From a virus (Duplodnaviria; Caudoviricetes): 64,000 nucleotides of DNA. The notes under the pieces were generated by a model. It worked only from the letters and a program-made list of their open reading frames with translations. It had not been told where the DNA came from and searched no databases. A program made the position numbers and the translations under genes. This document shows, in pieces, positions 1 through 9,636 of the stretch. The stretch's first letter is position 1. Every line of letters begins with the position of its first letter. The DNA lies in IMG/VR virus record IMGVR_UViG_2791354774_000003; one strand, written 5' to 3'.

Positions 1-765
1 ATGGAACACGTCGATACACTGATTGTCAGCGACAATCGCATGGTCAGAGAAAGCCTGGTCGCGCTCCTGTCCGGCACCCGCTTCACGGTGCGACAGGTCG
101 CGGCGTGTCCCGGGCTGCACCTCGACGACCTTGAGGCGGCGCGATTGGCACTCGTCGTCATCGACGAGGAGGCGGCCTGCATCGTCGGGCAGGTCGCCGA
201 GGCGCTGCCCGAGGTCAAGATCGTGGCGCTGGCGCTGCGGGATACCGAAGGGCTGATGCTGCGCAGTCTTCAACTCGGCGCCTCGGCCTATCTGACGGAG
301 GACGTCTCTCCCGCCGACCTTCTGAAAACTCTGGAGGTGGTGATCGCCGATTGCGCGGTGCTGCCGATGAGCTTCCTCGGGCGTCTGTGCTTGGCGGCCG
401 ATCCCGTGCGGGCGCCCGGCCCGGTCGCCGCCCTGACCGGGCTTCAGCGGGCGGACGGAACCTCGCTCTCCAGCCTGTCGAGCCGCGAGGTCAACATCCT
501 CGAAGGCTTGGCGCTCGGAGAATCCAACAAGGTCATCGCCCGCAACCTCGACATCGCCGAGGCCACCGTGAAGGTCCACGTCAAGGCGATCCTGCGCAAG
601 GTCCGGGTCAAGAACCGGACGCAGGCCGCGGTCTGGGCGATGAACAGAGGCATCGTGACGAGCGCCGCCCCGCCCGCCGAGCGGTTCGGGAGCGTTCTGT
701 CCCCCTTCCCCCTCGTCTCCGGTCGCGACGGATTTACCTCCGGCACCCTGGTGGCTGTCGCCTGA
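1..765 (+). CDS. LuxR/NarL-family response regulator (host)
   Basis: N-terminal REC-like domain; C-terminal LuxR HTH LSSREVNILEGLALGESNKVIARNLDIAEATVKVHV. Confidence 0.9.
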   Translation: MEHVDTLIVSDNRMVRESLVALLSGTRFTVRQVAACPGLHLDDLEAARLALVVIDEEAACIVGQVAEALPEVKIVALALRDTEGLMLRSLQLGASAYLTEDVSPADLLKTLEVVIADCAVLPMSFLGRLCLAADPVRAPGPVAALTGLQRADGTSLSSLSSREVNILEGLALGESNKVIARNLDIAEATVKVHVKAILRKVRVKNRTQAAVWAMNRGIVTSAAPPAERFGSVLSPFPLVSGRDGFTSGTLVAVA

Positions 766-959
766 GGATAGCGCGGCGCCGTGAGGGGCCCGGTGCCGCT
801 CCCAACATACCCGCCATCGATGCGATCCGAGCGCCAGACAATCCGGAGACGAGGAAACCGGCCTGAAGTCGTCTGTGGTCAGTTCGACACTGAACCGCTC
901 GAAGCGGCGCTGGGCGGTGGATCGGCGGTCGCGGTGGGCTCGCCGCGCCGCCCAACCGG

Positions 960-1685
960 ATGACGCCGCGCATGCTCGTGTGCCTTGGCTGGAACCCAGT
1001 CATGTACATCGCGACCCACATCTCGCGCGATCTCTACGCCGACCTCCGGCGGCTTCGATCACGCGTTCAAGGATTGCGGTGGCTGCGAGATGTTCCGCCG
1101 AACCCTGGCGCGGGAGCCCTATGCGCGTCGCCCGCCCGGTGGCCTGCTTTCGCCGCACCGGGCAGAACAACAGCGCCAACCTCGCCCGCAAGGCGCGGGC
1201 GCTGGGCGAGGTCGCCCCACTGGGCAGCGTCCCGACTCTTCGATACCCGTCCGCTGACGGGCATCGAACCCTTCCTGCACGGTCGCGAGGGGTTCTACCT
1301 CGACCCGCGGGAGGATCTGGAGCGGGCCCTCGGCCTCATCCTGCGCACCGACGACGCGCAGGTCGATCGGACGACGGCCGCGGCCCAGGCTCCGGTCCAG
1401 CGGATCGACACGTTCGACGCGCTCGCCCGATACGTGATCGAGGAGACGCTGGCGCCGGGTCCGGTCGCCCGGCCCGCGCCTCCGCCCGCGGGAAAGACGC
1501 TCGTCAAAGCCGAAGCCAGTCACAGACAGCCCTCAATGAACAGATTTGTGGAACAGATCCGTGCCTCCGGTCCCGCAGGCCGCGCGATCGGACCGGATGA
1601 GAGCGGGCGAGCGTGGCCGTCAGGCCTCACCACGCCGACGATGCGTGCAGCCATGTTGACGCGGCGCCCGTCACAGCCTATCTGA
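960..1685 (+). pseudogene. Probable degraded/frameshifted host gene (possibly glycosyltransferase-like)
   Basis: Protein-like stretches switch between frames (NNSANLARKARALGEVAPLGSVP in one, IEPFLHGREGFYLDPREDLERAL in another); weak. Confidence 0.3.
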
Positions 1686-1765
1686 CGCCAGCACCGAGCT
1701 CGGGGATACGGCCAACGCTTCCCCGAACGCGCTAGTCCGATCAGCCGGACGCGCGAAAGCCCCGG

Positions 1766-1839
1766 TGGGGGATAGTTTAACGGTAGAACCGCGGACTCTG
1801 ACTCCGCTAGTCCTGGTTCGAATCCAGGTCCCCCAGCCA
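1766..1839 (+). tRNA. tRNA-Gln(CTG); probable prophage attachment site
   Basis: TGGGGGATAGTTTAACGGTAGAACCGCGGACTCTGACTCCGCTAGTCCTGGTTCGAATCCAGGTCCCCCAGCCA; cloverleaf, CTG anticodon, encoded CCA. Confidence 0.97.
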
Positions 1840-1922
1840 CTTCCTGCAAATCGCTAAGTGATTGGTGCTGTAGGCCGATTTCAGGCTTTCACGGCAGCGC
1901 ATCGCTCGACCCATATCCCGCA

Positions 1923-1941
1923 TTTTACAGCCGTTTTACAG
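1923..1941 (+). repeat. Tandem TTTTACAG repeats, candidate integrase arm-binding sites
   Basis: TTTTACAGCCGTTTTACAG about 85 bp downstream of the tRNA. Confidence 0.45.
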
Positions 1942-1990
1942 GCTGCGAATCGCTTGCCAGCCTGTCCGGTTGCGCCGGGAGGGCCGGCGC

Positions 1991-2350
1991 ATGATCCGCG
2001 TCCTCGTCTGCGGCGGTCGCGACTATGCCGACCGCGATACCCTTTTCGGGACGCTCCACGAGATCGCCCAGCGCCACAACGGCGTGCGGGTGATCCAGGG
2101 CGGAGCACCCGGTGCCGACATGCTGGCACGAGAGTGGTGCCGCACCTACGGCTACGATTACGAGCACTTCCCGGCTGATTGGAAGAAGCACGGCAAGGCG
2201 GCTGGCCCGATCCGCAACGCTCACATGCTCGCCGAGGGCAAGCCCGACGTTGTGATCGCCTTCAAGGGTGGGCGCGGAACTCAGGATTGCGTTCGGCAGG
2301 CTCGCGCCGCCGGAATACCCGTCGTCACGGTGGGGTGGTTCGATGAATAA
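1991..2350 (+). CDS. DUF2493 / YspA-like SLOG family protein
   Basis: RVLVCGGRDY...QGGAPGAD...ADWKKHGKAAGPIRNAHML...GGRGT. Confidence 0.85.
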   Translation: MIRVLVCGGRDYADRDTLFGTLHEIAQRHNGVRVIQGGAPGADMLAREWCRTYGYDYEHFPADWKKHGKAAGPIRNAHMLAEGKPDVVIAFKGGRGTQDCVRQARAAGIPVVTVGWFDE

Positions 2351-3140
2351 GCGCAGATGGCAGCCCGACGAAGTTGAGCGGGTTCGGGAGTGGTACGCGT
2401 CTGGCGAGGATGACGCCGCTATCGCGGTGGCGCTCGGCCGGTCTGTCGGCTCGGTGTCCAACCTCCGTCAAGCGAAGGGGATACAGCGCCCTCGCGAGAC
2501 CCTCAAACGAGGTGCCGACTGGTCCGACGAGGAATTGGCACTTGCGGCCGATATGTACGCCAAAGGCGAGAGCAACAACGCGATTGCTACCGCACTCGGA
2601 AGATCGCGCGTAGCGATCAAGCGGCTCGTCACAACGCACGGCCTCAGGCGTTCAATGGAATGCCTGCCGGACCCGAGCAAATACGATACCGAAAACGAGA
2701 AATGGCGCTTGGTCCGCGGTGGGCTGCCCTATGCCGTTTCCAGCATAGGGCGTGTGATATCCCTGCTGCCTGGGCGAATGGGTGAGTACCTGTCTACTTG
2801 GATGGACGAGGACGGCTACGTTCACGTCCAGTTGCAAGTTGACGGGAAGTCCAAGCGGCACTCGGTGCATCGTCTGATAGCCCACGCCTTCAGGGGAGAG
2901 CCGCCGACGGCACTGCATCAGGCAGCGCACAACGACGGCAACCCGTCCAACAATTCGGACAAAAACATCCGCTGGGCAACGCCGGCCGAAAATCAGGCTG
3001 ATCGCTTGATCCACGGCACGGCCGAGAGAGGGCCGGGCGGACAGTTCATCAGAGGCACTGCCGACATGATCCGGCAGGCCGAAGCGGCTGGCGTGTCCGT
3101 CGAGCGTATCCCTACCCCCATCCGATCCGAAGGAGCCTGA
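2343..3140 (+). CDS. HNH homing endonuclease with two N-terminal HTH repeats
   Basis: NUMOD4-like YAVSSIGRV; HNH VHRLIA...AAHNDGNPSNN...NIRWATPAEN. Confidence 0.85.
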   Translation: MNKRRWQPDEVERVREWYASGEDDAAIAVALGRSVGSVSNLRQAKGIQRPRETLKRGADWSDEELALAADMYAKGESNNAIATALGRSRVAIKRLVTTHGLRRSMECLPDPSKYDTENEKWRLVRGGLPYAVSSIGRVISLLPGRMGEYLSTWMDEDGYVHVQLQVDGKSKRHSVHRLIAHAFRGEPPTALHQAAHNDGNPSNNSDKNIRWATPAENQADRLIHGTAERGPGGQFIRGTADMIRQAEAAGVSVERIPTPIRSEGA

Positions 3141-3143
3141 GCG

Positions 3144-3521
3144 ATGAACCTCGCAACCTACGTCGCCGGCTTGCCGCTCCTCGTGCTCGGGATCGGTGGC
3201 TTCATCTTCGGCGTCGGCCGGCTTTTCCGAGCCGCAAGCAAGCGCTCCCGCGACCGTCGCGCCCTCGTCCTCAATGCAGTCCGCGCACAGCAGCCCAACG
3301 GCACAGGCTACACGCTGACGAAGGAGTGCGAACAGCGGCTCGGCAAGCGCTGGCCGATCGCCTCCATCTACGGGCACCTGTTCGACCTAGAGCGTGAAGG
3401 CGTCATCGCTTCTCGGTGGGGTGAGGCAACCGCGGCTCGGGGCGGATATCGGCCCCGGCACTACTGGGTCAAAGCCGACCTTCCCGACCTCGCCCCCCCG
3501 CCCTTCCCCGCCATCCGATGA
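3144..3521 (+). CDS. PadR-like winged-helix protein with N-terminal TM segment
   Basis: SIYGHLFDLEREGVIASRW...RPRHYW. Confidence 0.55.
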   Translation: MNLATYVAGLPLLVLGIGGFIFGVGRLFRAASKRSRDRRALVLNAVRAQQPNGTGYTLTKECEQRLGKRWPIASIYGHLFDLEREGVIASRWGEATAARGGYRPRHYWVKADLPDLAPPPFPAIR

Positions 3522-3540
3522 TCGCTGAAGGAGAGTAGCC

Positions 3541-3900
3541 ATGGGCTTCAACACGGTTGCCGTTCTGCTCAACGACTATGCCGCAGACTTCGAGCGCGAG
3601 GGGCGGATCGGTCGTAGCATGGCCGACGCCATCAGGCAGTACGACCACCCGAACCCGTTTCACCGCAACTTCCTCGGCGGCACGGTCGTCTCGCAGGCGC
3701 ACGCTGATTGGTCTCAGGTCGTGATCGTCAGCCGGAACAGTGGCGTCCGAGCCGACGAGGCGAACGATCTCGATTTCGTCGCGCTCAACCAGATGCGTCA
3801 GTGCCTTGAGCGCCACGGCTACAGCGTCACGAAGCCTCGCAAGCGGCGTCCTTCCCCCTCCCTGCTCGCGGCTGAAGGGAAATCGGAGGGCGAGAGATGA
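3541..3900 (+). CDS. Phage hypothetical protein
   Basis: RBS GGAGAG; operon context. Confidence 0.7.
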   Translation: MGFNTVAVLLNDYAADFEREGRIGRSMADAIRQYDHPNPFHRNFLGGTVVSQAHADWSQVVIVSRNSGVRADEANDLDFVALNQMRQCLERHGYSVTKPRKRRPSPSLLAAEGKSEGER

Positions 3901-4436
3901 GCGACGATCTTGGGCGCGTCCCTTCGGGACCGGACCACTCGGGCTCTGCCCCGAGCCCTTCGGTCTCAGCCTCCGGCGAGTGTTCCTCGCGCGACGGCTG
4001 GCGGCCAATCGCAACGCTGCCAAAGGATGGCGAAGCGTTTCTTGCCGCCGATGCTCGTATAGCGGGCGGCTTTCAGCAGGTCGTCTTCTGGGACGACGAT
4101 CCGCCCCGCGTCGGCTGGGAGCTTTCTACGGCCGACGGCCCGAGTTACCACCGAAAGGCATTCACTCACTGGATGCCCCTCCCTGAGCCGCCCGCCGCCG
4201 AGGGAATTGCCGATGGCGCTGACCCTCCCTGCCCTCGCCGGGACAAGTGGTTCCGGGGCTGCCGGTTCGAGCCGCGGTATGACGTTGGGGCGCCAGACAT
4301 GACCGGTATGGGCCGTGTTCGGTTCGCAGACGCCGAGGACGCCGGCCCCTTCTACGAGGCGCTGAAGCCTAAGACGTACCTGCACGACATCTGCGTCCAG
4401 TGCGGGAAGGTGGTGGATCGGGGAGGGGCGCGATGA
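3897..4436 (+). CDS. DUF551-like phage protein
   Basis: WRPIATLPKDG...THWMPLPEPP; ATGA coupling. Confidence 0.7.
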   Translation: MSDDLGRVPSGPDHSGSAPSPSVSASGECSSRDGWRPIATLPKDGEAFLAADARIAGGFQQVVFWDDDPPRVGWELSTADGPSYHRKAFTHWMPLPEPPAAEGIADGADPPCPRRDKWFRGCRFEPRYDVGAPDMTGMGRVRFADAEDAGPFYEALKPKTYLHDICVQCGKVVDRGGAR

Positions 4437-4744
4437 GCCTTTTCCGCTCCATAGGGCAAAAGATCGGCGAGGATGCGGTCGCTGATCTGCAAGCCTCTGG
4501 TGAGATGGATTGGATCATCCGCTCGGCCGTTCTCGATAACATGGAGAGCGCGTGGCGGCATGCTCCGCAATCGCCGGATCGCGAGCGAGCGATGCGCCGT
4601 ATAGCAGTCGAGCGTGGGAGGCTTGGTATCCGACCGTGCCGCCCTGAGGATCGCACGAGCGGGTGGGATATCGCCTTCGGCATCGTGCTGGCCATCGCGC
4701 TTATGCTCGGCGCGGTCTTGGTCAGCTTCGCCCTTTTCCCTTGA
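4433..4744 (+). CDS. Hypothetical protein with C-terminal TM helix
   Basis: ATGA overlap; hydrophobic C-terminus. Confidence 0.6.
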   Translation: MSLFRSIGQKIGEDAVADLQASGEMDWIIRSAVLDNMESAWRHAPQSPDRERAMRRIAVERGRLGIRPCRPEDRTSGWDIAFGIVLAIALMLGAVLVSFALFP

Positions 4745-4851
4745 GCCGCCCGCGTCAGGGGATGGACGCCCGTAAGGGCCGGAATGCGCAGCAGTCCGGT
4801 GCGGAGCACGACAGCCCGGCCCACGCAGTGGGGACGCCCTAGGTTTCTCCC

Positions 4852-5040
4852 CTACCCCTCTGCGGGGGAGGGTTTGGAGGGACGAGCCGTAGAGTCTTCC
4901 TCGCGCTGAAGCTTTTCCTCAACGGCCGTGCGGATGAATGTAGCCATGCGCTGCTCCCCAACCAGCGCAATTATGCGCTCCTTGGCCCCAGCATTCAGCC
5001 GGACCTTCGTCTCTTCGAGGTTCATGGCAGGGCGGCCCAT
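4852..5040 (-). CDS. Small ribbon-helix-helix-like regulator, probably leaderless
   Basis: MGRPAMNLEETKVRLNAGAKERIIALVGEQRMATFIRTAVEEKL; divergent promoter with operators upstream. Confidence 0.65.
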   Translation of the reverse strand: MGRPAMNLEETKVRLNAGAKERIIALVGEQRMATFIRTAVEEKLQREEDSTARPSKPSPAEG

Positions 5041-5050
5041 ACGTCGGCCC

Positions 5051-5130
5051 ATAACCGGGGACGGAATATTCGTCAAAATCGCCTCATAAGCGGGGACGCT
5101 TATTGACATATAAGCGGGGACGGTTATTTT
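5051..5130. promoter_or_regulatory. Divergent promoters with three ATAA(G/C)CGGGGACG operators
   Basis: Copies at 5051, 5086, 5110; TTGACA at 5103 (+); TTGACG at 5076-5071 (-). Confidence 0.7.
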
Positions 5131-5157
5131 GTCCATATCCGCGACGGAGATACCGCC

Positions 5158-5343
5158 ATGGCCTACTGCTACCCCGATCCGAACAGGGACTATCCCGAAC
5201 GCGAGTGGAAAGTTTGGGAGGTCTTCAGCAAGGCGACCGGCTTCGTCGGCACGGTCCGCGCGCCCCGCAAGGCGCTGGCCGCATTCCACGCCGAGCGTGA
5301 ATTCTGCCTGCGGGCCGGCTCCTACTATCTCGGGAGGGCCTAA
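5158..5343 (+). CDS. Hypothetical protein
   Basis: RBS GGAGA; first gene after the promoter. Confidence 0.6.
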   Translation: MAYCYPDPNRDYPEREWKVWEVFSKATGFVGTVRAPRKALAAFHAEREFCLRAGSYYLGRA

Positions 5344-5639
5344 TGCTCACCGACGCACAGCACCTAGCCCTCAAGAAACTCCGCGATCACGGGGGCGAGG
5401 GCGTCATCGACAAGCATGGCAAGGTCGTCGCGAGCGGTGAACGCTTGCTCGGCTTGGAGCCCGTGACGTGGCTCCGGCTCATCACAACCGGCCACATTGA
5501 GGTGCGCGGAGATCTGCGCATCGGGATCACGGCGAAGGGGCGCGATGCGCTCGCTGCTGCGCCGGGGCTGAAGGTCAACCCGCACGGCATCCAGGGCAGC
5601 AGTCATCAGCAGCCCGCCCGGCACGCAGGAGCAGAGTGA
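5343..5639 (+). CDS. Hypothetical protein
   Basis: TAATG coupling. Confidence 0.65.
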   Translation: MLTDAQHLALKKLRDHGGEGVIDKHGKVVASGERLLGLEPVTWLRLITTGHIEVRGDLRIGITAKGRDALAAAPGLKVNPHGIQGSSHQQPARHAGAE

Positions 5640-5944
5640 TGGAGGTCGGACGCGTACAGGGCGCCACCCGCTATCTCGGGGCGCCGGCCGGATGGGAGCC
5701 TGAGAAAGACGGGCACTGCGCACATCTGCCGATCAGAGACGAGCCGCACAGCCCTGGCGTCAATCGGATGACTTCGGCTTGGTTGCCGACGCCAGACGAG
5801 CTTTCGCGGATCGCAGCAGGAGCGCCAATCTACCTCGTCATCCTTGGTGTCTCACACCCGCCCGTAGCCCTCATGGTTGGCGATCCACCGAGCCTGACCG
5901 AGCATCAGCCAGATCACGCTCAACCGCAGCCGAGGCAAAGATGA
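5636..5944 (+). CDS. Phage hypothetical protein
   Basis: APAGWEPEKDGHCAHLPI...SAWLPTPDEL...HPPV; coupled overlaps. Confidence 0.7.
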   Translation: MMEVGRVQGATRYLGAPAGWEPEKDGHCAHLPIRDEPHSPGVNRMTSAWLPTPDELSRIAAGAPIYLVILGVSHPPVALMVGDPPSLTEHQPDHAQPQPRQR

Positions 5945-6135
5945 GAACGCAGAAGACCACTCAGTTGCGCGAGAGCCGCGAGGCGGACGACGAGATCGCC
6001 TCCGTCGATTGGAAGGCGGCGCCGCATGTCGTGCTGGAGGCCGTAGATCGTCTCCTAGCCGAGGAAGGGCTTGAGATCGTCATGCTCGACACAGGCAGCG
6101 ACCAGTACGAGTTCATCGTGGAGGCGCGGCGATGA
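5941..6135 (+). CDS. Hypothetical protein
   Basis: ATGA coupling on both sides. Confidence 0.55.
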   Translation: MRTQKTTQLRESREADDEIASVDWKAAPHVVLEAVDRLLAEEGLEIVMLDTGSDQYEFIVEARR

Positions 6136-6659
6136 GCATGTCCGTCGAGGCCAAAGCCGTCACCGCGTGGCTGTCCGATCAGATGTGTCGCGTGGAGGAG
6201 CCTCTAGTCTGCGGCTTCGGCAACTCCCTGAGTGAGGACGGCGCGCGTCGCCTCCTTGCCGTGATGGATGGCGTCACAGAGCACCCGACGAACGACACGC
6301 TTCAGAAGCTCGGCGCCTTCGAGCGCAAGACGAAGGTCAACAAGCACACGGCGACCCATTGGGGCTATCTGCGGGGTGTGATCGACGCGCTGGACGCGGC
6401 CGGTCACTCAGACGCCGCCGACGTGCTGGTCTGGCAGGTATGGCACCGGATGAACAGCGCCGCCCGCCACAACGAGTTCTATCGTCTTGTCCTCAAGGAG
6501 AAGGCCGAGGTCGAGACCGAGAACGCCCGCCTGATGCGGTTGCTGACGGACGGTCCAGCCAACCCGCAGGAATGCGCCGAGTTCTGTCGCACGGCTCGGG
6601 ATGACGGCGATGGCAAGCCCTGCCTCGACTGCGATCCTGAACGCTTCTGCATTGCCTAA
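6132..6659 (+). CDS. Hypothetical protein with Cys-rich C-terminus
   Basis: Coupled ORF; CAEFC...CLDC. Confidence 0.6.
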   Translation: MSMSVEAKAVTAWLSDQMCRVEEPLVCGFGNSLSEDGARRLLAVMDGVTEHPTNDTLQKLGAFERKTKVNKHTATHWGYLRGVIDALDAAGHSDAADVLVWQVWHRMNSAARHNEFYRLVLKEKAEVETENARLMRLLTDGPANPQECAEFCRTARDDGDGKPCLDCDPERFCIA

Positions 6660-6690
6660 CCCGCCCTCCCCTTCCTGCTGAACGGAGAGA

Positions 6691-7005
6691 ATGATGAGCG
6701 AGAACGAGACCTTCTACGACAATGAGATCGCCCCGGCTCTCGCCGGTCTGGCCAAGCGCTGCCAGGATCGCGGCTTGTCTTTCCTAGCCGTGGTTGAGTG
6801 GGAACCCGGCGAGCACGGTCGGACGCTCACCCTTCAAGCCGGCAGCGGCCTCGGCATCCGCATGGCTGACGCGGCGGCGCAAGCCGGCAACAACGCCGAT
6901 GGCTTGATCCTCGCCCTGATGAAGTACGCGCACGAGCACGGTCATAGCTCGATGCTGTTGAAGCAGCTCGGCGTGCCGCTGACGCCCGAGAAGAGCGCCG
7001 CCTAG
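6691..7005 (+). CDS. Hypothetical protein
   Basis: RBS GGAGA. Confidence 0.65.
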   Translation: MMSENETFYDNEIAPALAGLAKRCQDRGLSFLAVVEWEPGEHGRTLTLQAGSGLGIRMADAAAQAGNNADGLILALMKYAHEHGHSSMLLKQLGVPLTPEKSAA

Positions 7006-7048
7006 CCCCACCCCACCCGATCCGTCCTTCGTGAAGAGAGGCCAAGCC

Positions 7049-7285
7049 GTGAGTGCAGAGATCGTCTTTGATCGTGATTGCCAGAGCGCTCCGTTCTGGC
7101 TCCGCATTCCGGTTGCCGAGGGTAACGTCGCTATCGTGGAGCTTCCCGGCTGCGTTTCGCTTCCGGCCGCCGTTCGCCGAGCCGACGAACTCGGCCACTT
7201 CCCGATGCACTGGTGGCAGGCAGACAGCCGAGTCCGCATGCCGATCCCGAGCGGTATCGTCCGCACGCTACTCCCCGCATCCTAG
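7049..7285 (+). CDS. Hypothetical protein
   Basis: RBS GAGG; operon context. Confidence 0.5.
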   Translation: MSAEIVFDRDCQSAPFWLRIPVAEGNVAIVELPGCVSLPAAVRRADELGHFPMHWWQADSRVRMPIPSGIVRTLLPAS

Positions 7286-7296
7286 GAGCCCTCCCG

Positions 7297-7566
7297 ATGT
7301 CAGAACAAGCCGTGTGGAAGTTCCCGGTTCGCATCGCGGACGGACGCCAAGAGATAACCGGGCCGGGGCTGCCGAGGCCGGTCCACTTCGCTCTGCAAGA
7401 CGGCATCCCAACCGTGTGGGCCGTCGTCTCACCATGGGAGCGGCACGAACTGCCGCGCGGCATCTACATCGTCGGCACGGGGCATCCGATCCCCACAGGA
7501 TGCACGCACGTCGGCTCGCTGCAAGACGGCGGCTTCGTCTGGCACCTGTTCATGGAAGGCCAGTGA
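7297..7566 (+). CDS. Phage hypothetical protein
   Basis: VWKFPV...QDGIPTVWAVV...IVGTGHPIP...HVGSLQDGGFVWHLF. Confidence 0.7.
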   Translation: MSEQAVWKFPVRIADGRQEITGPGLPRPVHFALQDGIPTVWAVVSPWERHELPRGIYIVGTGHPIPTGCTHVGSLQDGGFVWHLFMEGQ

Positions 7567-7620
7567 CCGCCTTCGCCGGCAGATCGAACGGCTGGAGAGC
7601 CTGGAGTTTTAGGGGAGAGG

Positions 7621-7887
7621 ATGATGGCTCCGACCCGCCTACGAATGAGGATCAGGTGCGCCGTCTGTGACAAGCCGGTCGATGAGTGGACGATGTGGGA
7701 AAACCCCGCCGACATGTCGCGGGGGATCAAGGTCCGCTGTCACGGCGAGGAAGACAGCATGAAGATGACGTGGGGCTTTTTGGCCGACCTCACTCCGGAT
7801 GAGCGGCGCCGGCTAGAGCAGTCCGAGGGGGTTGCCTTCGCCACGAAGCGCTTGCCCCGCCCCACCGCATGCAAGGCAGAAGGATAG
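7621..7887 (+). CDS. Hypothetical Zn-binding protein
   Basis: CAVCDKPV...VRCHG; RBS GGAGAGG. Confidence 0.6.
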   Translation: MMAPTRLRMRIRCAVCDKPVDEWTMWENPADMSRGIKVRCHGEEDSMKMTWGFLADLTPDERRRLEQSEGVAFATKRLPRPTACKAEG

Positions 7888-7891
7888 GACG

Positions 7892-8059
7892 ATGGACGCC
7901 AGAGAGATCGCGAACCGGATTGCGCTCCTGCTCAACCCGATGCCCGATATGAGCGGCCAGCAGATCAACCGCTTCCATGGCGAGCGGCGTCGGCGCATCG
8001 AAGACCTAGCCGCAGAAATTGCAGCTATCGAGAAGGATTGGTTGATCCGACCTCGCTAG
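7892..8059 (+). pseudogene. Small gene interrupted by the ISL3 element
   Basis: C-terminus is read from the IS end; the same frame resumes at 11783 (EKARQAGAERAERRRGW). Confidence 0.5.
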
Positions 8060-9447
8060 GCGGCAAGGTCGAAATCGGGGTCCAGGGTTGATAGGCCCTT
8101 CGGCTGGTCGAACCGGCGACCGTCCCGGACGATGTAGAATTCGGCGCTGAACACGTCGGAAAGGCGGCCCAGGTCCACGCCCCAGTGGTACGTTTCCAGC
8201 GGCTCCACGTTGGCCCCGCCGCCCATGAAGGCGCCGGGGTGCCGGTCCCGGAAGGTCTTGTTCTCCAGCTTGCCGGCGAGCATCAGCTTCGCCCGCATCA
8301 CCTCGAACGAGTAGCCGCGCCCGTCCCGCTGTAGGTCGTCGAGAAAGCGGTTGACCGACTCGACGTAGCCGGTGGTGTAGGGTTCCTCGAAGTAGGCCAG
8401 AACCATCGGCATCCAGCGTCGCTGGATCGCGCACTTAGTCTTGTAGGCCAGAGACACGGTCGGCGGTAACGTGGCGAGCCAATCCTTGTAGTAAGTCTCG
8501 GCCTCAGCAGGGGACGAGCACAGATAGAGGTCGCAGTACCGCTCCTTGGTCCAATAAGCGTCATGCAGGATCGGCCAGCGGTTGCACCAGTTGTTGATGG
8601 TAGCTTTCTGCTCCTCCGAAGTCTGGCTCCATCGGGTGCGGAATAGCTGCCGGGACATGCGCAAGGCGGCCCCCTCGCGCCTATCCGGCAGCCGCTTCGC
8701 CACGGCGGCGCGGATGTTGTCCAGCACCTCGTTGGCCGCGCGCGTGACGTGGAAGCGGTCGGTCACGTGAAGGCGCCCAGGCAGACACCTTCGTATCATC
8801 TTGCGGTAACCGTCGAACCGATCAGTGACAACGACTTCCAGCCGCCGATCCTCGGACAACTGGTTGAGGTAAAGTTCAAGCGTCTCACCTCTGTCCTTCA
8901 GCATGTCGAGGACGGTCAGTTCCTCAAGGTTGCCCATCACGGCACGGAACTCGCCGCGTAGCTTCTTCTCGTCGATCCCAAGGACGCGCGGCGTCTCGCG
9001 ATGGAGCTTTGCTATCTCAACTGAAGTGTAGGCGTCGAACGCTTTTGCAACCGACTTCGGGTCCACATAAACATCACGGCCGATCTCGGCGAACGTCCGA
9101 CGCATAGCTTGTCGGGCCATCCAGAGTACAAGACGGCGTGTCATCAAGAAGCCGGGCTCCTTGAAGGGCAGCGTTTCCGAGATCGCGTCGTTGCCGACGA
9201 CTTCGCCCGCCTCGTTCTTACAGTCAGGGCAAGCGAACCTCTGAACGCTGAACTCGATCAGCGTCGCCTTGCCGTGGTGCGGCACGTCGTTGATGCCCGT
9301 GACCCTCGTACCGTTCTTGCGCAGCTTGCACGCGAGGTTACACGCCTGCGCGGTCGGCCTGCGAGACCGTGCGTGGACAACGTAGTGATCGTCCGCCTCT
9401 TCTCGTGCCGTCTCTACGACGCCGGGCAGGTTGAGCAGATCGCTCAC
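8056..9447 (-). CDS. ISL3-family transposase
   Basis: Zn finger (RFACPDC), LGIDE, DRFHV, YTTGYVESVN...RGYSFEVMRAK. Confidence 0.93.
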   Translation of the reverse strand: MSDLLNLPGVVETAREEADDHYVVHARSRRPTAQACNLACKLRKNGTRVTGINDVPHHGKATLIEFSVQRFACPDCKNEAGEVVGNDAISETLPFKEPGFLMTRRLVLWMARQAMRRTFAEIGRDVYVDPKSVAKAFDAYTSVEIAKLHRETPRVLGIDEKKLRGEFRAVMGNLEELTVLDMLKDRGETLELYLNQLSEDRRLEVVVTDRFDGYRKMIRRCLPGRLHVTDRFHVTRAANEVLDNIRAAVAKRLPDRREGAALRMSRQLFRTRWSQTSEEQKATINNWCNRWPILHDAYWTKERYCDLYLCSSPAEAETYYKDWLATLPPTVSLAYKTKCAIQRRWMPMVLAYFEEPYTTGYVESVNRFLDDLQRDGRGYSFEVMRAKLMLAGKLENKTFRDRHPGAFMGGGANVEPLETYHWGVDLGRLSDVFSAEFYIVRDGRRFDQPKGLSTLDPDFDLAA

Positions 9448-9629
9448 GGCTGCTCCCCCTCGGCAGCCCCTTTGCGCGACTTCCGCTTCTCGTCCCTCGC
9501 CAGGGATGTCTCGACGACATCGCGGATGTACTCAGCGCGGCGAAACTTGCCCGCGACCGCGTCGATGCGGTCGAGCGTGCCCTCCTTAAAGCGGACGAGC
9601 GTCTTGTCTTTGAACGGTTCCTTGGGCAC
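9444..9629 (-). CDS. Small RHH-like regulator coupled to the transposase
   Basis: KTLVRFKEGTLDRIDAVAGKFRRAEYIRDVVE; GTGA overlap with the transposase start. Confidence 0.7.
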   Translation of the reverse strand: MPKEPFKDKTLVRFKEGTLDRIDAVAGKFRRAEYIRDVVETSLARDEKRKSRKGAAEGEQP

Positions 9630-9636
9630 GGCCACG

